Part shown: positions 15,005 through 28,699 of the stretch, in pieces | How positions within the stretch are numbered: the first letter of the stretch is position 1 | Layout of the letters: the number at the start of each line of letters is the position of its first letter | NCBI GenBank assembly: GCA_964016885.1 | Contig: OZ024740.1 | Span: 145,886,001-145,950,000 of the forward strand | From: Eledone cirrhosa | Taxonomy: Eukaryota | Direction: 5' to 3' | DNA: 64,000 nucleotides | Program-made: the position numbers and the translations under genes | Notes under the pieces: generated by a model | Told to the model about the DNA's origin: nothing | The model's database searches: none | The model's input: only the letters and a program-made list of their open reading frames with translations

Positions 15005-16890
15005 AGCATCATCATCATCATCATCATTATCATCATACTGTGTATGTGGTTCAGCTTCGGCCTGTGCCTGTGGGAAGTCGGGTTTTCTGTATAACTGCGC
15101 AACGCTAGAGATCTTGGTCCTGTGTCATCGCCTTTGAGAGGTGCAATTCGGCGAGTTCAGCTTTTATCACCTCATCCCAAGTCTTCCTGGGTCTCTCCAC
15201 TCCAAGGCTTCCATCGACTTTAAGCGCCCTGCACCTTTTTGTACAGCTGTCATCTTTCATACGCATCACATGTCCATACCAATGTAATCACTCCTGCACA
15301 CTGCATTTGATTCCTCTTATGCCTAGTTTCTCAGTTCGTTTATGATTTGCCGTTCACGTATATTACTATTACACATTCATCGGAGCATGCAAACTTTATT
15401 TATTTCCAATCTACATAAGGCTTCTGCACATAGCGCCCAGATCTCATGACCATGCATCATTGCCGTTCGTATGCATGCATCTTACAGTCTGCTTTTCATT
15501 TTGCGGGAAAAGCCTTTTGTAGCTAGCAGTGGTACTAGCTCCCTAAACTTCATCCATCCCCTTCTTACTCTGGCTACTGTACTTTCAGAACACTCACCTC
15601 TGATGCTATTACCACTCAGGTAGCAGAAGCTGTCTACTGTTTTTACTGAGCTCTCCCAGGATTTGGTAGCAGTTGTTTCCTGTGGTCGTTTGCTACTTAC
15701 TGTCCCGGTGCAACTTCTACATGTAAAGCCTACATTCTTAGCTAAACCTCTTGAGATCCCACCACATTTCTTCTGTACCCATAGTTTGTATTTGGGGCAG
15801 AGATTGCAATTTCTACCTACACCTTTCCTACATACTGAGCAAGGTCATTTCCCGGGGGGGGGGGGGGTTCTGTTTTCTCTTCTACTTACTAGGACCTTAG
15901 TTTTTGTTAGGTTGACTTTAAGGTCCCTTCTTTCTAGGCCCTGCTTCAATGCTTGGAATTTCTTCTCTAGTTCCACTATAGATTCTGCTATAAGTGTAAG
16001 ATCATCCGTGTACAGAAGTTCCCATGGGCATCCGGTCTTAAACTCCTGTTATAACCTGCAATCCGATAATAAACAGGAGAGGGCTAAGAACAGAGCCCTG
16101 GTGGATGCCAACATGTACGCTAAATTCCTCACTATAGTCATCGTTAACACTAACTCTGCTGACTGCTTCCCTATACAGCCTTCACAAGCCATTCATCTAC
16201 TCATAGTTTTCTAAGAGCCCACCAGATTATGGCACGGGGCACTCTGTCGAAGGCTTTTTCCAGATCTACAAATGCCAGGTAGAGCAGCTTACTTTTAGCT
16301 AGGTACTTTTCCTGTAACTGCCTCACAAGGAAGAGAACATGAGTGGTACTTTTTCCTGGCACAAACCCAAACTGCATCTCATTTAGTTTTACCTGGTCCC
16401 TAATCAACTGTGTTATAACTCTTTCTGTTACTTTCATGACCTGGTCCATCAGCTCTATAACTCTATAGTTTCCTCTATCTAGTGCATCACCTTTACCCTT
16501 GTAGCAGTCGACAATGATGCTGCTGCGCCAATCATTTGGTATGACGCCCTCTAGTATTACTTTGTTAACAATATGAGTGGTTATGGTGTGACCTTCCGAC
16601 CCAGATGCTTTCAGCATCTTTGTAACTATACCGGGTGCTTTTCCAGTCTTCATATCCTTAATTGCGTTACTTACTACACTGTTACTGGCTTGTCCTGCTG
16701 AGCCCTCTATGGGATCCGCTGGGGGTAGGGTCTCTTTCTCCCATCCATTCTCCTCATTCAGTAATCTTTTATAAAGGCTCTTCCATGCAACTTTCTTCTT
16801 GGCACTTGTGAGGGCAAGTGCACTTTCATCATCCCGGACACATTTCTCGCCAATGACATCGCAATTTTCTCTAACACCCTGTCTTGCAAT
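15005..16890 (-). mobile_element. RTE-type LINE, 5'-truncated and decayed
   Basis: ORF 16201-16959 has KGKGDALDRGNYR, QFGFVPGKST and AFVDLEKAFDRVPR; ELLYTDD further downstream; (GAT)n tail at 15005-15035. Confidence 0.9.
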
Positions 16891-16970
16891 CCTACACACA
16901 TACACACACGCACACGCACGCACACGCACACGCACGCGCATACACGCACACGCAGGCATGCACGCACACG

Positions 16971-17082
<112 letters not shown>

Positions 17083-17342
17083 ACATATATATATTTATTG
17101 AAGACAAAGCGAAATTTCACATTAAGGTTTTTATTGATTATACACAGTTACGAACGTTTCACAGATGGGTGTTTTTTACACAACTCCGCCAATATATATT
17201 GTTCAGTGTATGTATATGTCATATAAGATATATATTGTTTAGTATAGGTGCAGGCGTGACTACGGAGATAAGAAGGGCGCTTTACAACGACATGGTTTTA
17301 GGTTGAATTTTTTAACGCTTTTTCCACAACTCTATCAATATG

Positions 17343-18599
17343 CGAGGTACACTCAAGAAGTTTTGAGACAAACCTTTTCAGGTACTTTTAATTGACCTAC
17401 GTAATTGTTACACTAATACATCCTTGATATGGTTATAATAAGCTAATATAATCTATTTCTTCCAGGTTAATGATTCGGGCCGCTACAGCACTTTAAACAC
17501 TACCCGTCATACACGTCTTGTCACAGTAGTCGGGATATGAGGACAACTTGGAAACTCGATATGCAATAAAGTTTTGTGTCAAGCTCGGCAAAAATGCTAT
17601 AGAAACCTACGAAATGGTCAAAACTGCTTACGCGCTAACTTTGATGAGCCGAGTGACTGTTTTCTGCTGGCACAAGAGGTTTCAGGAGGGCAGAAAGCAG
17701 GTAAGGGACGACGAGAGGTGTGGCAGGAAGAGGAACATCAGGACACCTAAGCTAGTCTTCAAAATTCGCAAATTTCTGGACGAGGACTGTCGTACGTCTT
17801 TTCTGACGATTGTGGCTGAGGGCATTGTGCACAGTCGTTCATGACAATCTGAACATGCGCAAAGTTTATTCCCAGGGTGCTCAATAAAGATCAAAGTCAG
17901 AGGCGCGTTGATGACAGCTTCGAATCCAAATGTCCTTGAATCTCTATTAACCTGTGACGAGGGCTGGGTTTACTGTTATGATCCAGAGACCAAGAGACAG
18001 AGTGCCCACTGAAAACATTATGACTCCCCAAGACTAAAGAAGGCCAGGAAAAGCAGGTCCACTGGGAAGCTCATGATGACCTCATTCTTCGACAGCGAGG
18101 GCGTCAATTACATCCACTGGGTCCTCCATGGCCAGGAAGTCAACAAAGATTACTATGTAGAGATTTTCAGGCAGTTCAGAAATATATTTTATCGCAAGAG
18201 ACCAGAACTCTTCAAGTTTGGTCAGTGACACTTGCATCAGGTGAATGCTCCCTACCACAATCCATCCTGGTGACCAACTACTTGGCTGATATGAGGATCA
18301 AGACTGTTCCTCATCCTCCCTACAATCCAGATTTATCCCCATACGACTTCTGGGTTTTCCCGAGGCAGAAGAAGCTTAAGGGTATCCGCTTTGAGAATGA
18401 GAAGGAGATGAAGGAGACTGTGACAAGCGTCCTGGACACCTTTACGTTTTGGGGACTACAAGGGGGTCTTCCTGGAGTGGCTGGGGCGCTTCAACAAATG
18501 CATTGAAGTTGAAGGACCCTACTTTCAGAGTTTTGTGTTGATCTGAGTTAAATAAATGTCTCTCTGATAAAAGTCTCAAAACATCTTGAGTGTACCTCG
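17343..18599 (+). mobile_element. Full-length mariner DNA transposon with pseudogenised transposase
   Basis: TIRs CGAGGTACACTCAAGAAGTTTTGAGAC and GTCTCAAAACATCTTGAGTGTACCTCG; TA at the right end; motifs TCDEGWVYCYDPETK and HPPYNPDLSPYDFW; stops and frameshifts. Confidence 0.93.
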
Positions 18600-19618
18600 T
18601 ATATTGTTTCATGTATAAATAATTTACATGTATCGTTTGATATAGGCGTAACAGTCACAGTGATTCCGAAAGGTGCTGATAAGATTCCAGATTCGTAGAA
18701 GTATCTTCTATTATAGCTTCTGATTGACCAGCACATTGAGATTGAAACTTAGAAGACAGAAACTGTACGGAAGTAGTACCGTACAGCACACTGGGCGGAG
18801 CGGAATCCCACATATCTAAAGGCCTAAAACATTGAACCACGCTATGCTAGAGCTGCTGTGAATTAATCTGAGCAGGCCAAATTCGCACTATATGCAAATG
18901 AGTATCACCAGCAGATATTTCATACGTAAAAAGGCATATAAGCTATAGATTTTTTTTTTTTATTACCGAGTGACTAAATATCACTGATGATCAATAAATA
19001 TCCAGAAACACATGTGTGACATTCTCCCACGGTTTCTAATATAGTTGTGATATGATTCTAGCTTGAAATATTCATAGCGAGACTCTTGTTTGTTTATTAT
19101 ACATAAACATATCGTATATGCCTTTATGTGCACATTTATCACCGTAGCTTATTATTGGAAAATAAATATTTATTTTTAACACGAGTAGCTTAATTTAAAG
19201 TTCAATACTGTTAGTTGGCTTGATTTTTAGAATAGATTTTTCTTGTCCAGACGACAAAAATGAAGCGTATTGTTTTAAGTGAACATATAAGAGGAAAAGA
19301 ACTGCAGATATGAAGGACAAACTTCGAAAAGAATATCATGCTGGTTCTCCAAGTGTAATGACTGCCACTAGTACTATAAAGCAGCTAAATGATTTTGCTG
19401 TTGAATCCTTTTGTAGCCTCCATGTACTGAAATATCCTGTTTATGATTGGTAGATCCTTAACAATATATTGCACCCCAATCTTGGTATTTTTTTAAAAAC
19501 CAGCTTCAAGATGTCCTCTCTCTCCGACTGATAGTTTTTACATTGAAACAAATAGGACCATAGAGAATATAGAGGTGATTCTCTATGACTTGTTCTTAAT
19601 ACATTTTAAACGTTAATA

Positions 19619-21010
19619 CGGTGTTTCTCAACGGGAGCCCTAGGGCTCCCCTGGTGGTCATATGGAAATGGGGGGGGGGGGGGCATATGAAATTTTGGGT
19701 GGCCATATGATATTAATGGAGCATTTGAAACAATGTGTGTTCTTAATTTAGGGAGAAATTTTGCTGATCTGATTGAAAACTTGCTCACGTATGCACGCTT
19801 TCTGTCTGCATATCCACCCACAATGCGTGACCTTGACCGTAACGTTGGGAAAATTTCCGGCCAATTTGTAACGTCAACCTGTGGCTGCAGCGCATGAATA
19901 TCGATTGGCCTGCTTAGACGACTGCTATTGTGTCATTATTACATCACATTTCACACATATAACGATCGTCCATAACAGTGGAGACATTTAACATCTGATT
20001 GCTGACAAATATCTTACCTATGGCATCAAATAAGAAGAAAGTGCGCCAATATAGCGACGATTATTTGAAATTCGGTTTCACTGAGGCACCTCATGATTCT
20101 CGATTGCTTGTGTGTCTTCTCTGTCATCAAACACTGAGCAATGACCCCATGAGGTCTGGGCGACTCTTACAACACTTCAATGCGAAGCATGGAGACAAGT
20201 CATCGAAGCCGCTTTCATACTTCCAAGATCTTCAAAGGAAAGTTTGCTGCCAGTCTACACTATCTCAATGTTTTTCTAAAGTAGCCGAAAAGCAGGATAA
20301 ATCATTAATAGCGAGCTACAAACTTTCAAAATTGATTGCCAAGTGTGGAAAACCTCATACGATGGGTGAGCAGTTAATTAAACCAATCATTTCTGTGTTT
20401 TTACAAACTGTTATGAATCACATAGACAACTCAGTGGTCCAGCTTATGCCGCTCAGCAATGATATAGTACGGCGACGAAATGATGAGATGTCCATTGATA
20501 TGGAACAGCAGCTTCACAGATAGACCTTTGAGAAAGACCTTTTTCATTTCAGCTCGATGAGTCAACCTTTTGTGGAAGCCGGTCTGTACTTCTAGCATAT
20601 GTCAGATTCCAAGACAATGTTGCTTTTCACGAGGAAATGCTTTTTTTTTTGTTGTGCTTTTGAAACTACGACAGCTTCCGATATATACGACCTTGTGATG
20701 TCGTACTTATCAGAAAACAAGATTCTTATTACATCCGTTACATCATGTGCAGCAGACGGCGCACCTGCAATGATGGGCAGACAGTGGATTCCTTAAGCGA
20801 CTTAAAGATGATAACCTATTGATTTTGACAGTACACTGCGTCCTTCATCGGGAAAACTTGGCTTCCAGATGTCTTTCACCAGAATTACAGGAAGTAGTGC
20901 ATGCTGTTGTGTCGTACGTAAATTTAATCTAGGCGAATCCCAAGACTGATCGTCTTTTTCAGAAATACTGCAAGGACATCGACAAACAACATGTCAATCT
21001 TATCCTACAT
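19619..21010 (+). mobile_element. hAT (Charlie/Buster-like) transposon, 5' fragment, decayed
   Basis: TIR-like CGGTGTTTCTCAAC; RQYSDDYLKFGF, BED-type CxxC..H..H, KPHTMGEQLIKP, FQLDEST, DGAPAMMG, HCVLHRENL; disrupted and 3'-truncated. Confidence 0.88.
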
Positions 21011-21309
21011 GGTTAGAATCAAACGTTATTTAAATTAAATTTCTTGAAAATGTTATAGAATTCTTTTCGAAACCTGTCAGTTTTTATTTGAATTAATAGA
21101 CCCTCATTCCTTCGAAGACCACCATGAATATAAAAAGAAAGGTTAAGATATATAATTTAACAATATCCCCAATATCTGCCACGTCCCTCACTCTTGTATT
21201 AACATGGAAAGGAACTTTAAAATGGTTTTGTTTGGTGTGTGTGCGGGCGGGGAATATAAAATATTCAAAACCAAACTTACTTTATATTGAATCGTTCCAG
21301 TAGCTTGAT

Positions 21310-22420
21310 CTGCTTCCGGTACAGGACCCACCTTTCAGCTTCGCAGAGGAGGGTAGTGATTACAACAGCTCTGTAGTCTCTGATCTTTGGGATGAGGCGT
21401 AGAGAGTGGTTCTGCTACACGCGTTACTGCAAGCGTCTGAATGAGCTGCTGGCCTGGGCAATGCGGTTGTCAATGTCCTTTGCTGAGGTAGCGTCGTTGG
21501 TAATGACGCTTCCCAACTATGTGGAGTGCTCCACTGCACTGAGGGGGTCCCATCGATGTTAATCTGCGGAGGGTGGTACTCTTCATTTGTTGGCTTCTGG
21601 GACATGACTTCAGTTTTCTTGAGGCTGATGGTCAGGCCAAAGGCCTTGGCTGCCCGGGCAAAGAAGCTGACCGCTACCTGGAGATCTTCCTCCGTGTGTG
21701 CCAGAAGGGCACATTCGTCTGAGAACAGCAGATCCAGGATCAAACTCCTCCAGTGTTTTGGCGCGGTGAGCAGTCGTCGCAAGTTAAGCACACTCCCACC
21801 AGCACGGAACCGGATGTAAATTCTCCCCACCCCCACTCGGCCGATCTTTCTTTGCTTCGCAGAGCATCATGTTGAAGAAGATTGCAAATAGGGTTGGGCC
21901 AAGGACACAGCCTTGTTTCATGCCATTCTCGATGGGGAATTGATTGGAGAGTCTACCATTGTGCTTCACCTGTCCTTACTGTCCTGTGTGGAGTTGCTCG
22001 AGCATGGTCAGGAATTTTGGCAGACATCCAAGTCTGCTGAGGATCTTCCACAATCCACCCCTACTGACTGTATCGAATGCATTCGTCAGTTCAATGAGGG
22101 CAGCGTACAAGGCAATATTTTGTTCTCTACATTTTTCTTGGATCAGGCAGAGGACAAAATCCTGTCCGTGGTGCCGCAGTTGGCACGGAACCCACATTGG
22201 CTTTCTAGGAGGACATCCTCTGCAATGACTGAGATGAGTCTATTGAGCAGAACACCAGCTAGAAATTTGCCTGCGGTTGAGAGTAACGTGATGCGATGGT
22301 AGTTTGAGCAGTCTGATTTTTTACCTTTGTTCTTGTACAGAGACACTATCACGGCATTTCGGGGGTCTGTTGGTATCACTCCCTTTGACCAGCAGTGTAC
22401 GAACGGGTTCGTGAGCTTCA
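21310..22420 (-). mobile_element. RTE (BovB-like) LINE RT fragment
   Basis: DCSNYHRITLLS, ESQCGFRA, AFDTVSR, KQGCVLGPTLF, LLFSDECAL, FGLTISLKKTEV spread across frameshifts. Confidence 0.9.
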
Positions 22421-22523
22421 AAAAACAGCAAAAAAACATACATACATGCATACATGATGGTTGCCCCTTCGTTATCGAGTATGGCCATTGCACGATATAC
22501 CATTATTAATAATTATTAATTAA

Positions 22524-22706
22524 TTGGATTGGCAGCATCGGTAGAGAGTCGGATGCCATGCTTTCCAGCATAGTTACGTCCCTTTACGGTCTGAGTTCAA
22601 ATCCCGCCGAGGTTCACTTTGTCTTTCATCCTTATGGGGTCGATAAAATAAAGTACCAGTAATGTACTGGGTAATTGCTGGCCTTGTGCCAAAAGTAGAA
22701 ACAATT
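22524..22706 (+). mobile_element. tRNA-derived SINE
   Basis: A-box-like TGGCAGCATCGG, B-box GTTCAAATCC and the family core. Confidence 0.9.
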
Positions 22707-22896
22707 AATTAATTCTATCGTGCAATGCCTGTGCGTGAAGATATTTTTTAAAGTGAGGAAAGACTGTGCACTGAGCCAATCCCACTCTCTGAGCGTCTGA
22801 GCGACAGTAGCTATAACCCGAAAAAGAAGAAACATACATACATACATACATACATACATACATACATACATACATACATACATACATACATACATC

Positions 22897-23487
22897 ATGG
22901 TGGCTGCCAACTCGTTTTCGAGTACGGCCACTACTTTATATCCATGTAGGAGAACCCCTACCGATGCGCTGAACGAGTGTGACTTTTTAGTCCAGCCAGC
23001 GACTTGAAAACTCTGGTACAAACACTACACTTGTGACAATTATTGACACATAGTGCTGGACCCTTGGTACCATGTGACGACAAGTGCAGAGAGATCTCCA
23101 GATATAAAGCAATGCCTGTGCCGTGAAGCTTTTATAGTGAGCAAAGGCACTGCACAAAGCCAGTCCCACTCTCTTAACCAAGATGATATTTACCAAAAAG
23201 AAGAACAAGTCAACATCATTGAATACCATCAAGGTTGCAGGTGTTATATCAGAGTTTTCCTTCTCCTAGAATTCTGCCTTGACAAAGGCTAAGGGGTCAT
23301 CTCTCCCGGTGATTTTGGATGGCCATTGACTCTTAAGAGCTCCTTTGCCCTTTGACAGGTTTTGTTTTTAGTCCTGCAGGATGTCCAAAGTCACCCTCCT
23401 CATCAAGAAACCTTGGTGGGGTTGCCAGTTTAGTCGCCAACGACCCGACCATGAGACAGGTTGTACTGGGATACATGTTACCAGGGA
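22897..23487 (-). mobile_element. Short non-coding retroelement, copy A, with (ATGT)n tail; probably an internally deleted RTE derivative
   Basis: Near-identical to 24081-24690. Minus strand has TAGGAGAAGGAAAACTCTG (RTE 5'-UTR-like) and a terminal CTCG-AAAA-CGAG stem-loop before (ATGT)n. Confidence 0.7.
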
Positions 23488-23559
23488 TACATACATACAT
23501 ACATACATACATACATACATACATACATACATACATACATACATACATACATACATACA

Positions 23560-24058
23560 TAGAATATATTGAGACAGATGGCACTAAGGAATACTGGTGG
23601 AACCTGAAAATAAAAACTGCCACCAGATTAAAGCACAACCGGCCTGATATTGTAGTTTAGGACCACACATTGAAAACGTGTTCTGTTGTGGAGATCAGCT
23701 GCCCACTTGATGTAAACGTTGTCAGAAAAATACAGGAGAAGGAGGACATCTACGGACCATTGATGAGGAGTTTACAAATCCAGTATCCAAGATACACCTT
23801 TAGCTTCATACCCATCATTATTGGTGCTACGGGTTATATACCAACCCGCTTGGACCAAAGTATGACTGAACTTGGATTTGCGGACAAAAAGCGCAGCTCC
23901 CTAATTCATAGTCTACAAATGGCTGCGATAGCTGGCACCTTCAAAATTTGCAAAACATTCTTGCGATTCAAGGGATGACAATTTCTTTTCTTTTACAACC
24001 TTGCCACCAGGAAGGTGGCCGGTCAAAAAAATATACTCAAAATTAAGAGAAAGAGAAA
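23560..24058 (+). mobile_element. 3' fragment of an RLE-type (R4/Dong-like) non-LTR retrotransposon within (TACA)n
   Basis: KHNRPDIVV...VVEISCP...EKEDIY...IPIIIGATG is a PD-(D/E)xK restriction-like endonuclease domain; one in-frame stop; 3' UTR runs into (TACA)n. Confidence 0.85.
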
Positions 24059-24080
24059 ACATACATACATACATACATAC

Positions 24081-24690
24081 ATGGTGGCTGCCAACTCGTT
24101 TTCGAGTACGGCCACAACTTTATATCCATGTAGGAGAACCCCTACCGATGCGCTGAACGAGTGTGACTTTTCAATCCAGCGAGCGACTTGAAAACTCTGG
24201 TACAGACACTACACTTGTGACAATTACTGACACATAGTGCTGGGCCCATGGTACCATGTGATGACAAGTGCAGAGAGATCTCCAGATATAAAGCAATGCC
24301 TGTGCCGTGAAGCTTTTATAGTGAGCAAAGGCACTGCACAAAGCCAGTCCCACTCTCTTAACCAAGATGATATTTACCAAAAAGAAGAACCAGTCAACAT
24401 CATTGGATACCATCAGGGTTGCAGGTGTTATATCAGAGTTTTCCTTCACCTAGAATTCTGCCTTGACAAAGGCTAAGGGGTCATCTCTCCCGGTGATTTT
24501 GGATGGCCATTGACTCTTAAGAGCTCTTTTGCCCTTTGACAGGTTTTGTTTTTAATCCTGCAGGATGTCTAAAGTCACCCTCCTCACCAAGAAACCTTGG
24601 TGGGGTTGCCAGTTTAGTCGCCAACGACCCGACCATGAGACAGGTTGTACTGGGATACATGTTACCAGTAGCACCAACTGGTGACCTGAC
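24081..24690 (-). mobile_element. Short non-coding retroelement, copy B
   Basis: Second copy of 22897-23487, flanked on both sides by (TACA)n. Confidence 0.7.
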
Positions 24691-24948
24691 ATACATACAT
24701 ACATACATACATACATACATACATACATACATACATACATACATACATACATACATACATACATTCTTCTATTTTATTCATGTATTGGTTTTTGACGTTA
24801 GTCCGAAGGCAAGCTGGGGCCCGACCTTGAAGAGATTTATTCAATCATGTCGACTCCGTTACTTAGTTTTCCAAGTCCGACTGCGGAACAGAAACAGTAA
24901 ATGTAAACACAATTATGGACACGGGCACAAGCTCACACACACCACGCA

Positions 24949-25023
<75 letters not shown>

Positions 25024-25226
25024 AAACAAACACTCACACACATATATAGAATATAAATATATATATGTGTGTGTGTTAAGGTTTGCTCCCTTCCTTTGGG
25101 ATCTCGGGATGCGCAATCTTTGTTCGTCCATCTAACGCCTTCCGGGACAGGTCGCAGGCTCATCCCAGTTTTTGCGGCATGGAATGGAGACCGCAATATA
25201 TTTTTCGAACCGGCCCTCTATCTAAG

Positions 25227-25262
<36 letters not shown>

Positions 25263-25418
25263 CGAAGGAAGTGTGGTAAGGAACCAGATGGACCATAATG
25301 CACTAGAATACTCAATACTTAGGGAAGTAGAGTGGGTAATAGGAAAATGTTTAACCCCGACGGCAGAAATAGCCGTCGAAACGGCTTGAGCTCTGCCGTC
25401 GGGGTTAAAGATTTTCAT

Positions 25419-25451
<33 letters not shown>

Positions 25452-25482
25452 CAGTACATAATATATGTTCAAACACACACTC

Positions 25483-25513
<31 letters not shown>

Positions 25514-26099
25514 TACATATATATATTTGTTTGTGCGTGCGTGTATGCATGTATGTATGTATTCGATAAATATGTTTAATTGGTAAAAAGTTCCTTTCAA
25601 TAAATTACAAATACACAGAAAAATAATAATTCTGTTATATTCAAAATGACCATTTGCTTCTTTCGAGAAATAACATTTTTCTTTTCGTAATGAAATAAAC
25701 ATGAAAATGAAGGAAATGTGTGAATGGACTGAGGACCACCTCTAAACATAAAGTAAATGGCATAGGAGGGATATATTGGTATATTACAATTGCTAGACAG
25801 TATTTAACTCATGTAGTTGGTAGATAGGGGCGGTGGTAGATGTACTGAGATGTTTAAGGGGGCGGTTATCAAAGTTTACTCGATTACAAAACCTGATTGC
25901 AGTTTAGTAATACTTCAACCACTACGATTCTTTACGCATTAATAAATAATTTATATTTTTTACCAATAATGTTAACAAAGTTTGGATCATTTTAAAATAT
26001 ATGGATTAATTTACTGTTTCGACATATAGAATACTAGTTAGCGTAAGGAGCGGTCCCTAGCTATCGTTTATTAGAACTGTATGAAGCTATATGATTTGG

Positions 26100-26540
26100 T
26101 GTAACGGGAATGTCGTCAGAGCGGCGGGAGGGAGTCCGTTCATTCAACAGCACCAATGGCGGAACAGCAGTGCTCCTGCATTAACTGATGATTCGTTGTC
26201 CATTGCCCGTTGATTTCCATAGCCAATCACCATGAATAAGTGTGAATTTAACCCAATGTAAGTCCTCAAATTATCTTTTTATTGACGCTACTTTAGTAAA
26301 GGTGATTTTCTGCCTCAATCAGTAAATTATAGATAAAAGGGGATGAAACATTATTAGAAACACAGCCCGTTAAAAAAATAACGAAGTGGAGAAGCGAAAA
26401 AACTCTTTAGTGCTTTTTTTATTTACTTATAATTTTATTTTTCTTGTTGGTTTTTGTTTTTATATTCAATCCTCTCTTTTAGTTCCGTTCTCTTGCAACA
26501 AAGAAAGAACTTTCTGATTCTGCATTTATTGATTGGAAAT
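26100..26540 (+). promoter_or_regulatory. Probable NF-YA promoter with clustered CCAAT boxes
   Basis: CCAAT at 26153, 26223 (AGCCAATCA) and 26253; ATTGG at 26532; GC-rich patch GCGGCGGGAGGGAG; unique sequence upstream of the first coding exon, which is preceded by a splice acceptor. Confidence 0.55.
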
Positions 26541-27496
26541 ATCTATTTTTTTTTAATTTGGTTATTTTTTCCTTCATGACCCATGTCTAGAATAGGTGTT
26601 TCTTATTTCTTGTTTATCGATTCTATATTTTACATCTTGCTATAGTACATACATACAATCCTGCAATTGTCATCTCTTCCGCTGTCTATTTACATTTATC
26701 CACTAATTACACGGAGATCGTTATGTAAACAGAGATCTATGTACTCTTGTCCAAGATAGTTTCATGAGAATATGAATATTAACATCTTTAATTACTTTAA
26801 AATATATTCATTCGCATTACTAAAATATTAATAAAGCTAGTATATTCTGCTTAAAAACCAGTTCATTGTCTTCACCAGCTTCCTTGTGATATTATAAACA
26901 TGCGAATAGGGAACTTCCATGTTTGCCAAACTAACCGATATTCTTTAAATATATTTTTTGCAAAACCTGTTCGTGTTATTCTCGATTTTCTTTAAACCAA
27001 AACACCAAGGTATTTGTTTTATAGATTCAACAGAAACTATCATAAGTGGGGAAAAGGACAATCAAAGAATGGAAAGTATGAGAACAAAGAAAAGATTTTC
27101 CTTGAAACTTGTCAAAAGGAATATAGTTTTTTATTTGGTTTGTTCTTTTAGAATATATTCATTTGATGAGAAAAATAGAAATTCTAATTAATTCCATTAA
27201 ATATTGTCAACGGTTAATACATAATATCTACTTAATGATCCGTAAGGTTTGATTCCAATACTTTTGCTATATTTGCAGAAGACTAGAGGGGAGCTCCTCT
27301 GTTAATCTGAGTCTTGCATCTCGGGTTCGATTTCTGGTCGTTAGCCTTTAACTTCTTTGCTATTTATTTCATTGTTTCTTCCATATATCAGAAGCTTTCG
27401 TTTCCTTCTCCTAGTCAATAATCTAATATTAATCGTAACCTATACCTTTCTGTTCCTTTTAACGCAAGATAATTCGTCAATTTGTAACAAGCATTG

Positions 27497-27681
27497 AGGA
27501 TTGGCAGTACCAGTAGAGGGTCGGACGCCATGCTTTGACGCATAGAGTTACGGTTCTTGCCATTCTGAGTTCAAATCCCGCCGAGGTTAACTTTGCCTTT
27601 CATCCTTTCGGGGTCGATAAAATAAAGTACCAGTAATACACTGGGTTAATTGCTGGCCTTGTGCCAAAAGTAGAAACAATT
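27497..27681 (+). mobile_element. tRNA-derived SINE
   Basis: Same family. Other copies lie near 3060-3115(-), 5013-5156(+), 31612-31755(-), 38829-39025(-), 42892-43012(-), 58790-58940(-) and 63103-63270(+). Confidence 0.9.
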
Positions 27682-28699
27682 AATGAACTTATAATCAATT
27701 AAAACTTTTTCAGTCATTGTATTCAATTATTTCTCCAAGACTACGATATGTTCCCGATGGTGGTGGACGGGAAATGTAAATTATAAAGAAAAATGCGAGA
27801 AAAGTGAAAATAATAAGTCAAGGGGTGGGGGGATTATTTAAATATGAAAATATTCGTCAGTTTTCTGATATTGATAAATAAAACTTTTGTTTTTGCGACG
27901 AAGCTGGGAATATCAAATCTTCAGTTATGTATCGAATATCGAAAAACCATTGTACCAATATCATCATACAAACATAAGTGTGTGGGAGGTTTGTAAATTA
28001 TTGTCTGCACAAAAAAATCAATAACGAATAAATAATCAAATATGTATGTGTGAATGTTTATTCAAATAAAAGCACATATTTTTTTTTTTTTTATTCCTTA
28101 TCAGCTCTGATCAAAGACATTCTAGTTGTGACCATCTTTTCTTTATTTCCGACCCAGTATATCTAGAACACATTGGTCTGTTTTAGGAGATAGTAGTGTG
28201 CGATTTCAAGATTTGGCTAAAAAGCATACGTAGTAGTGTATATTGTATAAATATAAGCGCAGCTGCTATAATGTTCATTCAAAAACAATATAAATTATAG
28301 ATCACTACCTTATTGTTAGCGTATTTTATTTATTTTTGTTTTGTTTTTTGTTATTTTTTATAATGTCATAATTTGAAAGATTTTTTTTTTTAAAGAATCA
28401 AGAATTGAAGGAGGTGCCAGAAAAAATTGCGATTATTTACGCGACTAAATATGTAGGCCTTATTTGTGAGCATCTTTTAGATCCGAAAATTCTTGCTGGG
28501 ATGGGAAAAGACTGAAGAAAATGTTAAAACATCGCGTGCCTGTCACTCACGCAGTGAAAACATCTCAATAAAACGTGGTGAGGTGTAATAAAAGATGCAT
28601 GTCATTGTTTCTAAAATAGACCCCCTCTCTCTCTCTCCTATATATATACATACATGTATAATATTAGAGAGAGTTGTATGGGTCAGGTACCAGTAACTC

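Noticed and set aside
24560-24690. Possible HDV-like ribozyme at the 5' end of the RTE-derived element
   Set aside because: A GGTCACC/GGTGACT P1 can be drawn, but P3/L3, P1.1 and the catalytic J4/2 could not be fitted.
27497-27681. tRNA gene (A and B boxes present)
   Set aside because: No cloverleaf; it continues into the SINE core and is multi-copy.
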